This document shows positions 9,727 to 19,563 of a DNA stretch of 64,000 nucleotides, piece by piece; the first letter of the stretch is position 1; every line of letters starts with the position of its first letter. Under the pieces are notes generated by a model. That model ran no database searches. It was given only the letters and a program-made list of their open reading frames with translations, and was not told the DNA's origin. Made by a program: the position numbers and the translations under genes. Source of the DNA: a virus. Its lineage: Duplodnaviria > Heunggongvirae > Uroviricota > Caudoviricetes. The stretch is from the IMG/VR virus record IMGVR_UViG_3300044212_000090. One strand, written 5' to 3'.

Positions 9727-10155
9727 CTCATCGCTCACCAGTGGCGAAAGTCCTCGCCGATCCAGCCACGCACGGCGTCGAAGGAGTCGGCACCGACGAA
9801 CTCGGTGTCGAACCCGACGACGATCGAGTCCCTGCACGACCGCATCCCCCGCACCGACGGGTACGAACCGAACCCGCCCGTCGCACGGGTGGCCGTCCGC
9901 TCGACCGTCTTGGTCAGCACGACGAACGAGGCTGGGTGCTTGCGCGAAGTCGTGGTGTCGGCCACCTGGCTCACCTGCCACCCGTTGGCGGCAGCGGCGG
10001 CAATGGGGCCTTCCCCATAGGGGGGGGTGCCGCCAGTGGCCTCTGACCAGGGGTTTTACCCTCTTCGCGCGTCCCAATAACGTCTTTTCAGGACGCAACG
10101 AGGTCCTCGACGGCGATCTCTCCGACGGCCTGCGAGGTGGTGTCCCGCCCACTCA

Positions 10156-10458
10156 TCACGCACCTCCCAGGAGGTCGCGCAGACGACGGGTCTGCTCCGG
10201 TGCGAGGGGTGGAGCGGCGGCGACGAGGCGCTGCACCGCATCTTCGATGGACTCGAACGAAGCGGCCTGGTTCGGGGTCGCGAGGGCGTCCAGGTGACGA
10301 CGCAGGACCTTGACCCGGCCGCCAATCTTGACGCTGGGCAACCTGCCGTCGCGCGTCCATCGGTGAAGGGTCGAGTACGCGCCGTAGCCGAGGGTGGCTG
10401 CCTCTTGGAGGCTGAGATAGTGGGTTTGGTCGGAAACGGGTGGGGTGTAGGTGCCCAT
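10156..10458 (-). CDS. xis: excisionase / MerR-like HTH_17 DNA-binding protein
   Basis: YLSLQEAATLGYGAYSTLHRWTRDGRLPSVKIGGRVKV matches the excisionase-family HTH; located just upstream of the integrase. Confidence 0.55.
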   Translation of the reverse strand: MGTYTPPVSDQTHYLSLQEAATLGYGAYSTLHRWTRDGRLPSVKIGGRVKVLRRHLDALATPNQAASFESIEDAVQRLVAAAPPLAPEQTRRLRDLLGGA

Positions 10459-11333
10459 GATGAACTCCAGTGACTCACCACCCCGATATCGGGTGGTGTC
10501 ACTGGGGTCAATCGGCACCCCAGCCCGGCGACCTTCGCCTCAGGCAATGACGGCGGGCCCACTCCGTCGCGCGGGCCAGTGATAAGTCACCTCATCAACC
10601 GGGCAATCCAGTCCCCGGTCCAGGCAGTCCATCCGGGCGGGAAGGATCGTCACGCCCGACGATCTCGAACCTTCTGGGATCGTCATCAAGACACCACGAT
10701 CCTACACGTCCGGTCAAGTCTGCGCAAGCCTGATGATCTCAGAGGTTCGTTCTGTCCATAACGTGGTGCCATTCCCATAAGAAGGACACGGCGGCATCGC
10801 ACGCGGGGGATGAACGACGGCGTGCTGAGCATGGGCGCAACGAAGAGCGAACCAGATGCACCGGAGCCAAGACGGCGCTTCCGCCTGTTCTGACGACATG
10901 CCGATGAAGCCCCTGCGGCGCTAGGGGAGCGGCAATGCCAGTACCTTACTGCAGTCGACTGCCGACGCCATATTCGCCTCATGCGCATGACGGACAGCCG
11001 AATCACGAGGTGCCCCGAGAGGTGCCCCGAACCGCCTCATGAAAAACAGCCCCGGAATTGCAACGTTCCTGGGGCCTGTGTTCGATTCCTGCATCACCCA
11101 CGCTCTTCTCTCCTTCTTGGCTTTCCACATCGGCTTCATGCCGCTCTTTCCGCGCCATTCCGCCGTTCCCTCGGCGTGTCCTTCCGGGCCTGTTTTCGGG
11201 GACGTTTGCCACGTTCGTGCAAATTCCGGCCCGTAGAGGTACCGCGAGAGGTACCGCGAAATCGGCAGGCGGACGCCCGGCGCGTCGCGTCCGGCTGCAA
11301 CGCTCTCCGCACTCTCCGACTATCCGCTGCCGC

Positions 11334-12617
11334 ATGGGTATCGTCATGAACGATGACAGATTCGGCAGCGTGATTGCGCGCAAGAACAGGAACGGCGACG
11401 CGGCCTCGTGGCGGGCGAAGTACCACAGTCCCATCGACGGCAGCCAGGTGACGCGCTCCTTCAGATCGAAGAGCGCGGCGTATGCTTGGCTCGATGATGA
11501 ACGCGACCTCGTGCGCGATCACATCAAGGGCCGGGCGGCATGGGTGCATCCGTCCGAGCGGGAGAGGCGCAAGAGGGGCGCGGACACGCTCTTGCGCGAA
11601 TACGCATGGGCATGGTACCGCAGGCACGGGCGGACGCGCGACGGGCATCCGCTGGCTCCGGCCACGCTGCGCTACAAGGACCTGGCGATGCTTAGGCTCG
11701 ACGCCGCGTTCGGCTCTCGCCCCCTGCGTTCCATATCGCAGCGCGACGTGGACGAATGGCTTGCCTCTCCCGGCTTCGGGGGACGAACCCCGCTGCGCAC
11801 GGCCTACCTGCTGCTGCGCTCCGTCATGGCGGCGGCCCAGAAGGATGGCTTAATCGATCGCAACCCTTGCGAGGCGGCTGTCCCCGCCAAGCCGAAGAGC
11901 GCCAATCGGCTCATCGCGCCCGCGACCCGAGAGCAGATCGCCCGCATCGAGGCGGCGATGCCGGAGTATTCGCGCATCGCCATACGGGTGGCGCTCGCGT
12001 TCGGCCTGCGGGCCGCGGAGATATGCGCGCTGAGGGTATGCGACTTCGACATGGACGCGATGATTCTGCGTCTGCGCCATTCCGTGCGCCGGGGCGAGGG
12101 GGATGTGGGGCCGCTGCGCCTGGACGGCATGAAGACCGATTCGAGCCGGGAGAACATGCCCATCCCGAGCGGACTCAAGCCGGTATTGGAGGAGCATATC
12201 GCCCGGTTCTGCGATACGGCGGGCGACGCCATGCTCATCCGCCCCGTGCGCTCCGCCGTTCTGAGCCCGAACACGCTGCGCGCCCAGTTCGACAGAGCGC
12301 GAATCAAGGCGGGACGCCCCGACCTGCATCTGCACACGCTTCGCGCCACGGCCATCAGCGAAGCGGTGCACCAGGGCGCCGAGCCCGCCGAGACCCAGCG
12401 CTTCGGGCGGCACGCGGATCCGCGCGTGAGCCTTCAGGCATACCAGCGCGCCCGGGGCGAGAGCCGCATGCGCGAACTGTCCGACGACGTGTACGCGAAC
12501 CTGTTCGGCCCATCGGGCCACGAGAGCGCCAAGGCGGAGCTGGAGCGCACGGTGCGGGAGGCGAAGCTGCTGAACGAGCGGATACTGCGATTGGAGCGGC
12601 AGGTGGCGCGAGGCTAG
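11334..12617 (+). CDS. int: tyrosine-type site-specific integrase
   Basis: C-terminal catalytic region with HxxR (HLHTLRAT) and terminal Tyr (LQAYQ) and an Arg-rich AP2-like N-terminal domain; 427 aa from ATG at ~11334. Confidence 0.8.
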   Translation: MGIVMNDDRFGSVIARKNRNGDAASWRAKYHSPIDGSQVTRSFRSKSAAYAWLDDERDLVRDHIKGRAAWVHPSERERRKRGADTLLREYAWAWYRRHGRTRDGHPLAPATLRYKDLAMLRLDAAFGSRPLRSISQRDVDEWLASPGFGGRTPLRTAYLLLRSVMAAAQKDGLIDRNPCEAAVPAKPKSANRLIAPATREQIARIEAAMPEYSRIAIRVALAFGLRAAEICALRVCDFDMDAMILRLRHSVRRGEGDVGPLRLDGMKTDSSRENMPIPSGLKPVLEEHIARFCDTAGDAMLIRPVRSAVLSPNTLRAQFDRARIKAGRPDLHLHTLRATAISEAVHQGAEPAETQRFGRHADPRVSLQAYQRARGESRMRELSDDVYANLFGPSGHESAKAELERTVREAKLLNERILRLERQVARG

Positions 12618-13561
12618 CGCCGCCGGATGCACACGCGCTTGTACTTCGCCTCGCCGCCCACCATGCTCTTGGCGAGGTCATAAGGGGCTACGCCCCCGTT
12701 GACCGCGCCGAGCAGCTCGAACGCGGCATCGGGCGAGGGCGAGAGCATGTCCATGACATTGATTGGCGCGCCCATCGGGCCGTGATAATCGTCGGGGATG
12801 AGATTCTTCGAGTCGCAGTCGATGATGTCCGTCCCGTCGAAATACGGGTGCAGTTTCGGGTCGTATGCCACGCCGGTATGGGCGTCCCCGCCCTTGCCAA
12901 TCAGTCCTGAGGGCAGATTCGTGAACCAGCGGATGCTGTTGAGGGCGACCGCGCGACGGCCCTCCCGCTCCTTGACCAGCACCGCGTCGATGTCGAAGCC
13001 GTAGCTGTCCGGGATGCGGAAGTATGTGTGATTGTCGGCGGTGCGCCCCAGCCAGCATCGCCCTTCGACGAACGCGGGCAGCACGGCGTGGTTGAGCGTC
13101 ATATTGAGGCTTCCTATCGCCAGGAACCCCTTGCGCGAGCGGTCGATCACGCGGAACCAGTCGTCCCAGAGCGAGAAGGGGGGGTTGCCCAGGACGACAT
13201 CGCACTGTGAGAGCATATCCAGCGCCTCAGGGCAGTCGAACGAGCCGGAGCCGGACAGGGGGGTGGGGATGAACTCCCCGTCTTTGAGATCCCATCGCGC
13301 CCCGCCGTCCCCGCCGAAGATGGTGTCCGTATCGGGCGAGTAGCTGATGCCGGTCACAGAGCGCAGGGAGAGGCGTCCCGCATTGTCGGCGGCCCACTGC
13401 ATGAACCGCGACTCCGGCCCGTCGTTGGTGTTGCACAGGATGCGCCTGCCCGCCAGGTCGGCGTCGTAGTGCGCGAGCTCGCGGTCCACGGTCTCGCGGA
13501 GCGTGTAGTACTCGTCGCGCTTGGCGCGCTGGGACATCAGGAGACCGGCATTTCGAGGCAT
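12614..13561 (-). CDS. orphan N6-adenine DNA methyltransferase, EcoRI-methylase-like family
   Basis: VLGNPPFS motif IV; N-terminal EYYTLxE segment typical of EcoRI_methylase-family proteins. Confidence 0.65.
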   Translation of the reverse strand: MPRNAGLLMSQRAKRDEYYTLRETVDRELAHYDADLAGRRILCNTNDGPESRFMQWAADNAGRLSLRSVTGISYSPDTDTIFGGDGGARWDLKDGEFIPTPLSGSGSFDCPEALDMLSQCDVVLGNPPFSLWDDWFRVIDRSRKGFLAIGSLNMTLNHAVLPAFVEGRCWLGRTADNHTYFRIPDSYGFDIDAVLVKEREGRRAVALNSIRWFTNLPSGLIGKGGDAHTGVAYDPKLHPYFDGTDIIDCDSKNLIPDDYHGPMGAPINVMDMLSPSPDAAFELLGAVNGGVAPYDLAKSMVGGEAKYKRVCIRRR

Positions 13562-13596
13562 GGGGATAGATATGCGTCCGACGCATAAGAGGCTCC

Positions 13597-14376
13597 ATGC
13601 TCACTCTTGGAGACTCCTATGAAACCGTCCCCCCCTCCGGCGCCGCGCTGGTCCTGACTGATCCGCCCTACGGCACCACGCACAACGCATGGGATGACAG
13701 GCCCGACCACGCGCGCCTGTGGGCGCTGCTCGACTCGTTCGGCTGCCCGGTCGTCTCCTTCGGGGGCTTCCGGCTCATCGCGGGGCTGGCGGGAGCGGCG
13801 GGCGATGCGTTCCGCTACGATCTGATCTGGGAGAAATCCTGGCCCGTGGGGTACCTCAACTCCGGGCGCCAGCCGCTGCGCGACCATGAGACGATCGGCG
13901 TGTTCGGGCGCGAGGCCGTGCCCTACCGCCCCCAGCGCGGCGGCGAGACGCTGGCCCATCCCGTCGCCAACGTCGCCTCCTTGCTCCGGCGGGGCGACAG
14001 GAACTACGGCAAGTGCGAGAACCGCACTATATGGATGGATGACGGCACGCGCTCCCAGTACTCGGTGCTGCACGCGGGCTACGGCCCTTATGACGCCAGA
14101 CGCAACGGCTCCATGCACCCCACCGCCAAGCCCGTCGACCTGCTCCGCATGCTCATCCGCATGTACAGCGAGCCGGGCGATCTCGTCTGCGATCCGTTCG
14201 CAGGCTCCGGCTCCACCGGCGTCGCCGCGAAGCTGGAGGGCCGAAGCTTCTTCGGGGTGGAGCGCGACCCGAAGTGGTTCAAGACGGCATCATCCCGCAT
14301 CGAGAGCGCGCAGCTCCAGCCGACCATCGACGGCGGGGACGAGCCACTGCCGGACATGAACCGGTTCGCATCGTGA
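13597..14376 (+). CDS. DNA methyltransferase, beta-class N6/N4 (N6_N4_Mtase family), orphan
   Basis: DPPY motif IV (LVLTDPPYGTTHN), HPTAKP, and DPFAGSGSTG motif I. Confidence 0.8.
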   Translation: MLTLGDSYETVPPSGAALVLTDPPYGTTHNAWDDRPDHARLWALLDSFGCPVVSFGGFRLIAGLAGAAGDAFRYDLIWEKSWPVGYLNSGRQPLRDHETIGVFGREAVPYRPQRGGETLAHPVANVASLLRRGDRNYGKCENRTIWMDDGTRSQYSVLHAGYGPYDARRNGSMHPTAKPVDLLRMLIRMYSEPGDLVCDPFAGSGSTGVAAKLEGRSFFGVERDPKWFKTASSRIESAQLQPTIDGGDEPLPDMNRFAS

Positions 14377-14399
14377 GAGTCGTCCCCATCCCGGTCGTC

Positions 14400-14729
14400 A
14401 TGAGGCCGGACGAAGCCGCACGGAGGCTGCACTGCTCGCTCAGGCATGTCTACGACCTCGACATCCGCATGGTCAGGCCGAGCGCCCGCATCGCGTGGGT
14501 GCGCTCGGACAGGCTCAACCGGGCGTCCGGCTCGCATTTCCCCGAGGAGCGCTTCGTGAGCCACTGGCCCGCGGTCGGCGAGACGGCGGACATGCTGCAT
14601 GTCTCCGCCAGCATGGTGCACCAGTGGATGAGCGACGGGAGGCTGGAGTACCGCAAGCCGCATGCGCGGCTGGCGCTTATCGACCCGGAGAGCATCGTCA
14701 GGCTTGTCGGGGGAGCGGTGCGGCGCTAG
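14400..14729 (+). CDS. DNA-binding protein with two excisionase-type HTH_17 repeats
   Basis: Two tandem units (EAARRLHCSLRHVYDLDIRMVRPSARIAWVRSDRL and GETADMLHVSASMVHQWMSDGRLEYRKP); start at internal ATG after the MTase stop. Confidence 0.5.
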   Translation: MRPDEAARRLHCSLRHVYDLDIRMVRPSARIAWVRSDRLNRASGSHFPEERFVSHWPAVGETADMLHVSASMVHQWMSDGRLEYRKPHARLALIDPESIVRLVGGAVRR

Positions 14730-14744
14730 AAAAGAACAGCAAGA

Positions 14745-14790
14745 AGCCCCCTGCGGCCCGTAATGGGCTTGCAGGGGGCTTCTCTTATAT
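14745..14790. terminator. bidirectional rho-independent terminator between convergent genes
   Basis: AAGAAGCCCCCTGC-GGCCCGTAATGGGCTT-GCAGGGGGCTTCTCTT hairpin. Confidence 0.55.
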
Positions 14791-14803
14791 CTGCTGTGAA
14801 ATC

Positions 14804-16189
14804 TCAGCCCTGCGCGACGGCGGAGAGGCTGTCGGGACCGTTCTTGGGCCGTGCGGCGATGCCCGCGGCGCTTCCGGCGACCAGCGAGCCCATGAGGGAC
14901 TTCAAGTCGATGCCCACGGCGTCGGAGAGCGCATCGGAGAGCTGGGAGGCGGCCTTGGAGGTGTCGCCCACCAGCTTCGTCTCGTTGCCCTCGCCGTACA
15001 TGGTGATGCGGTCGACCTTGGACAGCGGCTCGGAGACGGCCCGCATGATCTCGGGCAGCGCCTTGATGTACTCCTGCGCCAGGATGTAGGGGTTCGACAT
15101 GGCGTTGTACGCCTCGCCCTGCGCCTTGATGCCCGCGGCCTCGCCCTCGCCCTTGGCTTGGATGGCCTCGCCGTCGGCCCTGCCCCTTACCTTGGTGGCC
15201 TCGCCCTCGGCGGCGGCCTGCACCTTGAGGGCCTCGGATGCCTTGGTGCGGGTGAACAGGTCGGCCTCAGCGGCCTGTTGGGCCGCGTACAGATCGGCGT
15301 CCGCCTGCTTCCTCACGGTGGCGTTGAGTTCCTGCTCCCTGACTGCGGCGTTCTTCTCGGCGAGCACGGCCTGGCGTTCTGCGGCTGCGATCTGCGCGTC
15401 CTGCTCGGCGACCTTGAGCTCCTTGGTTCGCGTGGCCGTCTCGGTCTGGTACACCAGATCGGCCTCGGCCTTCGCCCGGTCGGACTCCTTCTTCAGCGCG
15501 GCCTTCTTCAATGCCAGCTCGTTGTCGCGCTCCGCGACCTCCTGCTCGGCCTGGATGCGGGCGAGCTGCGCGGCCTTCTGGATGGAGACCGACTGCTCCG
15601 CGCCCATGGCTTTGATGACGCCTTCCGTATCCGCGAAGTCCTGGACATTGAACGTGACCAGCTCAAGGCCCAGATTGTTCATGTCGGATTCGCTGACATC
15701 GAAGACGGTCTGGTTGAACTTCGCGCGGTCGCGCATGAGGTCGACCAGCTCCATGCCGCCGATCGTTTCGCGCATCTTGCCCACCAGCACCTCGGTCACG
15801 TCCGCCATCATGGCGTCGCGCTTCGCGTTCAAATAGTTGCGGGCGGCTATCTCCTTCAGCCCGTCGGAGGTGCCGATCTGGAAGTTGGCGACGGCCTTGA
15901 CGCGGATCAAAATGGCGTCCTTGGTGGGGATGAGCTCCTGGGTGACCAGCTCGCTCTGGATGGCCCCAAGCGAGAGCCTGTCGATGCGCTGGAGGAAGGG
16001 GATGATGAAGGTGCTGCCGCCGGTGATGAAGCGGCGCCTGCCCAGGCCCGTGACGACGAGCACGGCATCCGTGGGCGCGACGTGGTAGGAGGAGACGGCC
16101 AGGACGACCAGAAGGACGGCCGCGGCGCCGATGAGGATGTAGGTAAGCAAGGGATATGCCTTTCGTTTGGATGTGATGACGAAAGGCAT
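14804..16189 (-). CDS. SPFH/Band-7 (flotillin-like, YqiK-type) membrane protein
   Basis: N-terminal TM helix, SPFH core, and a long Ala/Glu/Gln/Lys-rich coiled-coil C-terminal half; start taken at MPFVITSK. Confidence 0.7.
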   Translation of the reverse strand: MPFVITSKRKAYPLLTYILIGAAAVLLVVLAVSSYHVAPTDAVLVVTGLGRRRFITGGSTFIIPFLQRIDRLSLGAIQSELVTQELIPTKDAILIRVKAVANFQIGTSDGLKEIAARNYLNAKRDAMMADVTEVLVGKMRETIGGMELVDLMRDRAKFNQTVFDVSESDMNNLGLELVTFNVQDFADTEGVIKAMGAEQSVSIQKAAQLARIQAEQEVAERDNELALKKAALKKESDRAKAEADLVYQTETATRTKELKVAEQDAQIAAAERQAVLAEKNAAVREQELNATVRKQADADLYAAQQAAEADLFTRTKASEALKVQAAAEGEATKVRGRADGEAIQAKGEGEAAGIKAQGEAYNAMSNPYILAQEYIKALPEIMRAVSEPLSKVDRITMYGEGNETKLVGDTSKAASQLSDALSDAVGIDLKSLMGSLVAGSAAGIAARPKNGPDSLSAVAQG

Positions 16190-16254
16190 ATATGCGCCTG
16201 CTGTTCGGCTAAGCGCGCGTCCCTGAGCATCCGCTGGACGCATATATCAGGGAT

Positions 16255-17181
16255 ATGAACAAGAAGACAGCGCTCATGCTGACCGCCATCGTCGTAGCCG
16301 CGGCCCTCGCCATCGGGGCATGGTGGATATTCCTTCGTCCGAAGGCAGCGGCCCCGAGAGCGAAGCCGAAGGCATCCGCGTCCGTCTCCGCCCCGACCGC
16401 GCCGAACGCCGACCAGATAGCCGCGCTGACCGATATGGCTACCCGCTTCGAGCACGCCTCGCGCGACTGGGGCGTGGATCCCAACGCGATGACGGACGTG
16501 GATGCGAACAAGCTCAAGGACGGCGCGGCGGTCGTGAGCTTGTACCGCACGCCGTCCACGCTGGACAACGGGCCGCTGGATGCTGTCTCGTCGATCGACC
16601 GCAAGGGCGTGGGCTGGGATGCTCCCAGCCCCGTGTGCGCCGACACGACTCTGGAGCCATGCCACGCCATGCCGACCATGCTTTCCTACTGGGCCAATCA
16701 GCACTGGTCGATGGGCGCGCGGCTTTCGAGCGTCGACGCGCAGGTGAGGGATGCGAGGACGGTGGAGGTCAAGGGCACGGTGCGCGTGGGGCTGTGGACC
16801 ATGCCGGATGCCGACGTGACGCGCGTGTATGGCCCGCATGCCGCCTGGGGCTTCTCGCCCGCTGCGGGCGATCAGACCTTCGACGACGTGCTGACCGTGA
16901 GCGACGGCAAGGTGACGAAGCGGGAGGCGTCCGCCGCGACGGACTGGATCGCGGACCCCTACTACGGCTCATGGGCGAAGAGCGACAACCCCGCGGACGG
17001 CACCATGTCGTGGGGCAATCGCGTCCAGCCGAACATCCCGCTGCTGGGAGATCCCCCCTCGCTCGGACTCGACAGGCGCGACCCCGGCATGGATATGCTC
17101 AAGAGCAGCAACGATGCGTCGTCCCCCGACTGGAAGAGGATCATCGACGAGGCAAGCCATGACCTGCCGAACCACCCGTGA
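16255..17181 (+). CDS. membrane-anchored hypothetical protein
   Basis: N-terminal TM segment (LMLTAIVVAAALAIGAWWIF) and large extracytoplasmic domain; GACGCATAT motif 9 nt upstream of ATG. Confidence 0.55.
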   Translation: MNKKTALMLTAIVVAAALAIGAWWIFLRPKAAAPRAKPKASASVSAPTAPNADQIAALTDMATRFEHASRDWGVDPNAMTDVDANKLKDGAAVVSLYRTPSTLDNGPLDAVSSIDRKGVGWDAPSPVCADTTLEPCHAMPTMLSYWANQHWSMGARLSSVDAQVRDARTVEVKGTVRVGLWTMPDADVTRVYGPHAAWGFSPAAGDQTFDDVLTVSDGKVTKREASAATDWIADPYYGSWAKSDNPADGTMSWGNRVQPNIPLLGDPPSLGLDRRDPGMDMLKSSNDASSPDWKRIIDEASHDLPNHP

Positions 17182-18423
17182 TCAGCCCTTCTCGTAGCGC
17201 CAGTACTCGGTGAACTCGCTGTAGAAGCCCGGCTTCTCGATGCTCACCTCGCCGCCCTGATCGCCCGGATTGCCGTCTTCGATGCCGCCGGGGTGAGCGT
17301 GGTGGGCGCCTACGGTGGCATTGTCGCCGTCGTAGAACTCCACGTGCTCCGCCGGATTCAACAGAATATCGCCTCGCTTGAGATCCTTGGCGGGGTCGGA
17401 CGGCATGTCATGACGCGCGAATCCCATCGTCGCAAGCTGCGAACCCATGCTGTAGGTCGTCCATGGCCACCCGTCTCCGAGCGGGAACTTGGCCCCGTCG
17501 CGCATCGAGTACCATACGAAGCTGGAGCAGTCCATATCGGGATCGTGGGCCCTTCGCGCCTGCGAATAGCCGATGGAGTCGTCGGCGGCGTACTTGTCCG
17601 CCTGCTTCATATAGGCTTCGACCTTGGCGTTGTCCGCCACCGCCCCGCCCGACGTCTCGGATCCGCACGATGCTGCGGGGGAGGCGGCGGATGCCCCCGC
17701 GCCCGCAGCCGGCGCCGCGCTGGCCGTGGCGGGGAAGCTCACGGATCCGATCTGCGCGTAGTACTGCTCCGCGGCGGTCCGGCGGGCATCCCATGTCGCG
17801 GAGATGCTCGCCGGACGCTCCCAGCCCGCCTCCCAGGCCCCCGCGGCCACTTTGGGATCGGTGGCGGTCAGCCAGGTCGCATACAGGGAGTTGCCGGAGA
17901 CCGGCAGGCCCAGCCCCGCCGCCTGGTCGATGAAGACGTTATTGAAGTCGCTCTGCGCGGTCATCGCCAGCAGCGTGGCCTGTGCGGACGGATCGGAATC
18001 CGACTTCCCCGCCAGCCCGTGCTGCGCGAACTGCGCCGCTATCTTCGAGCGGGGCGTCCACTGGGCCAGCCCGTACCCGTTATCAGGGCTGGCCGCGGTC
18101 GGGTTCATGCTCGATTCGGCCTGCAGATTGCCCATCACGCCCGCAGTGGAGGCGCGAGTGTACCCCTTGTCCGCGAACGCCTTCGCCACCGTCAGGACGA
18201 TGTCGCTCGCCGGCGCCGAGGTCGCCCCTGCGGCGGCATCGGCGACGGCGCCCGGGCAGTCGGAACCCGAATCGCCCGCATTGACGACCTGGTTGCCCGC
18301 CGCGGCGGAGATGGAGGCGGACTGCCCGCCTATCGCGCCCATGCCGGAGATGACGAGCACCGCGACGACGAGCGCGGCGGCGCCTATCGCCAGCGCCTTG
18401 AGTCTGAAGAGTCTGCCCAGCAT
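17182..18423 (-). CDS. bifunctional cell-wall hydrolase (lysozyme-like domain plus NlpC/P60/CHAP-like peptidase), CwlT-like conjugation hydrolase
   Basis: Signal/TM N-terminus, GYGLAQWT lysozyme-type motif, C-terminal Cys...His peptidase signature (DCSSFVWYSM ... NPAEHVEFYDG). Confidence 0.65.
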   Translation of the reverse strand: MLGRLFRLKALAIGAAALVVAVLVISGMGAIGGQSASISAAAGNQVVNAGDSGSDCPGAVADAAAGATSAPASDIVLTVAKAFADKGYTRASTAGVMGNLQAESSMNPTAASPDNGYGLAQWTPRSKIAAQFAQHGLAGKSDSDPSAQATLLAMTAQSDFNNVFIDQAAGLGLPVSGNSLYATWLTATDPKVAAGAWEAGWERPASISATWDARRTAAEQYYAQIGSVSFPATASAAPAAGAGASAASPAASCGSETSGGAVADNAKVEAYMKQADKYAADDSIGYSQARRAHDPDMDCSSFVWYSMRDGAKFPLGDGWPWTTYSMGSQLATMGFARHDMPSDPAKDLKRGDILLNPAEHVEFYDGDNATVGAHHAHPGGIEDGNPGDQGGEVSIEKPGFYSEFTEYWRYEKG

Positions 18424-18500
18424 GCGAAGAGGCTATGCGCCGGGCTCACCGGGACGCATATGGCCTATGACACCTCACTATATATAAAGGAGCATCTACC

Positions 18501-18596
18501 ATGACCATCATCATCGCCATCGTCGCGTTTTTCGCAGGCTCGACTCTCGGCACCGTGGCTGCGGCGCTCGCGTTCGCCGCCCGGCGCAACGACTAG
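18501..18596 (+). CDS. small hydrophobic peptide (31 aa)
   Basis: ATG..TAG mini-ORF encoding MTIIIAIVAFFAGSTLGTVAAALAFAARRND, not in ORF track (<60 aa). Confidence 0.25.
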   Translation: MTIIIAIVAFFAGSTLGTVAAALAFAARRND

Positions 18597-18604
18597 AGGG
18601 CGAC

Positions 18605-19042
18605 ATGGCATTTCTGGTCGTCCACCAGCTCATGCTGGCAATGGAGCCGCGTCAGGCGCGGCTCGTCTACGAGGGGCGCAAGAGCGTGGAGCCGCGCCGC
18701 GTGACGGCGCTTTCGCCTTTCGATCGCACATACCTCTACGAGGCAGCGCCCGTCGGCATGGTCACCGGGTGCGCGGATGCCGTGCGCATCGGCTACGGCG
18801 ACCCGGAAGGGTTCTGGGAGCGCTACGGCGACCTGACATGCCTGACGTATGAGGAGTTCAAGGGCCTGGTCTGCGAGAAGGACTCTGATTGGGCCTATGC
18901 GCCGGGCCGGCGCCTCGTCGGCGGCTATGTGCTCACGAATCCGCATCGCTTCGAGACCCCGCAGCCGCTCTCGCGGTTCGGCGTCAGGTGCGCCCCGCAG
19001 AACTTCGCGTACTGCAATTCCGACGCATACGGGCTGCTATGA
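18605..19042 (+). CDS. hypothetical protein (possibly ASCH/PUA-like)
   Basis: 145-aa ORF with AGAGGG RBS; composition normal. Confidence 0.5.
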   Translation: MAFLVVHQLMLAMEPRQARLVYEGRKSVEPRRVTALSPFDRTYLYEAAPVGMVTGCADAVRIGYGDPEGFWERYGDLTCLTYEEFKGLVCEKDSDWAYAPGRRLVGGYVLTNPHRFETPQPLSRFGVRCAPQNFAYCNSDAYGLL

Positions 19043-19464
19043 CCGAGAACGCAAGCGAATACACGCCCACGATGGGGGGCTACGGGCTGCTCTCCAACAC
19101 GCCGGACGAGGACAGGGCGACCGACATGCTGCACGCACTGGTCATGCCGCGCACGACCGGAGGCCTGTTCGCGGCGCGCAACCGCAACAACGGCCGCCTG
19201 CTCGTCGGGCGGCGGCAGACGGGCGGCGTAGCCGAGCTGGCGCCGGATGTCGAGGAGGGCAGGGTCTACGGCATATCCTGGGTGCTCTGCAAGTACGACA
19301 TGGAGCATATCGAAGAGGCGGAGCTGGGCTTCTTCGATGAACGCTGGGCGACCCGTGCTTCGAGCGCATATGGCGAGTGGTCCGGCATGGCCCCGACCGC
19401 GCTCGACGACCCGCTGCTGGAGGAGACGCTGCTTCAGGGGCTGCTCTTCATACTGGAGCTATGA
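19039..19464 (+). CDS. hypothetical protein
   Basis: Start MTENASEY overlaps the previous stop (ATGA); 141 aa. Confidence 0.5.
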   Translation: MTENASEYTPTMGGYGLLSNTPDEDRATDMLHALVMPRTTGGLFAARNRNNGRLLVGRRQTGGVAELAPDVEEGRVYGISWVLCKYDMEHIEEAELGFFDERWATRASSAYGEWSGMAPTALDDPLLEETLLQGLLFILEL

Positions 19465-19563
19465 GACGAAGCCAAAGGGCCTGAACGCCCTGTATGGCAC
19501 CGTCGCTCGGCGGCATGCAACGAACGTTCTAAGCTCTCCGCGCATGGACGCATATCGACGTCC

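Noticed and set aside
9735-9974. 79-aa minus ORF with DEDD-exonuclease-like VVGFDTEFVG motif
   Set aside because: Motif lies at the C-terminus of a short ORF, wrong position for a DnaQ-type motif I; likely chance or a gene fragment; no supporting start context.
10560-11330. Attachment site (tRNA 3'-end direct repeat) upstream of the integrase
   Set aside because: A TTCGATTCC-containing stretch near 11075..11100 resembles a T-loop but does not match the 3' ends of the three tRNAs at 627..1046; att core cannot be defined without the other end of the element.
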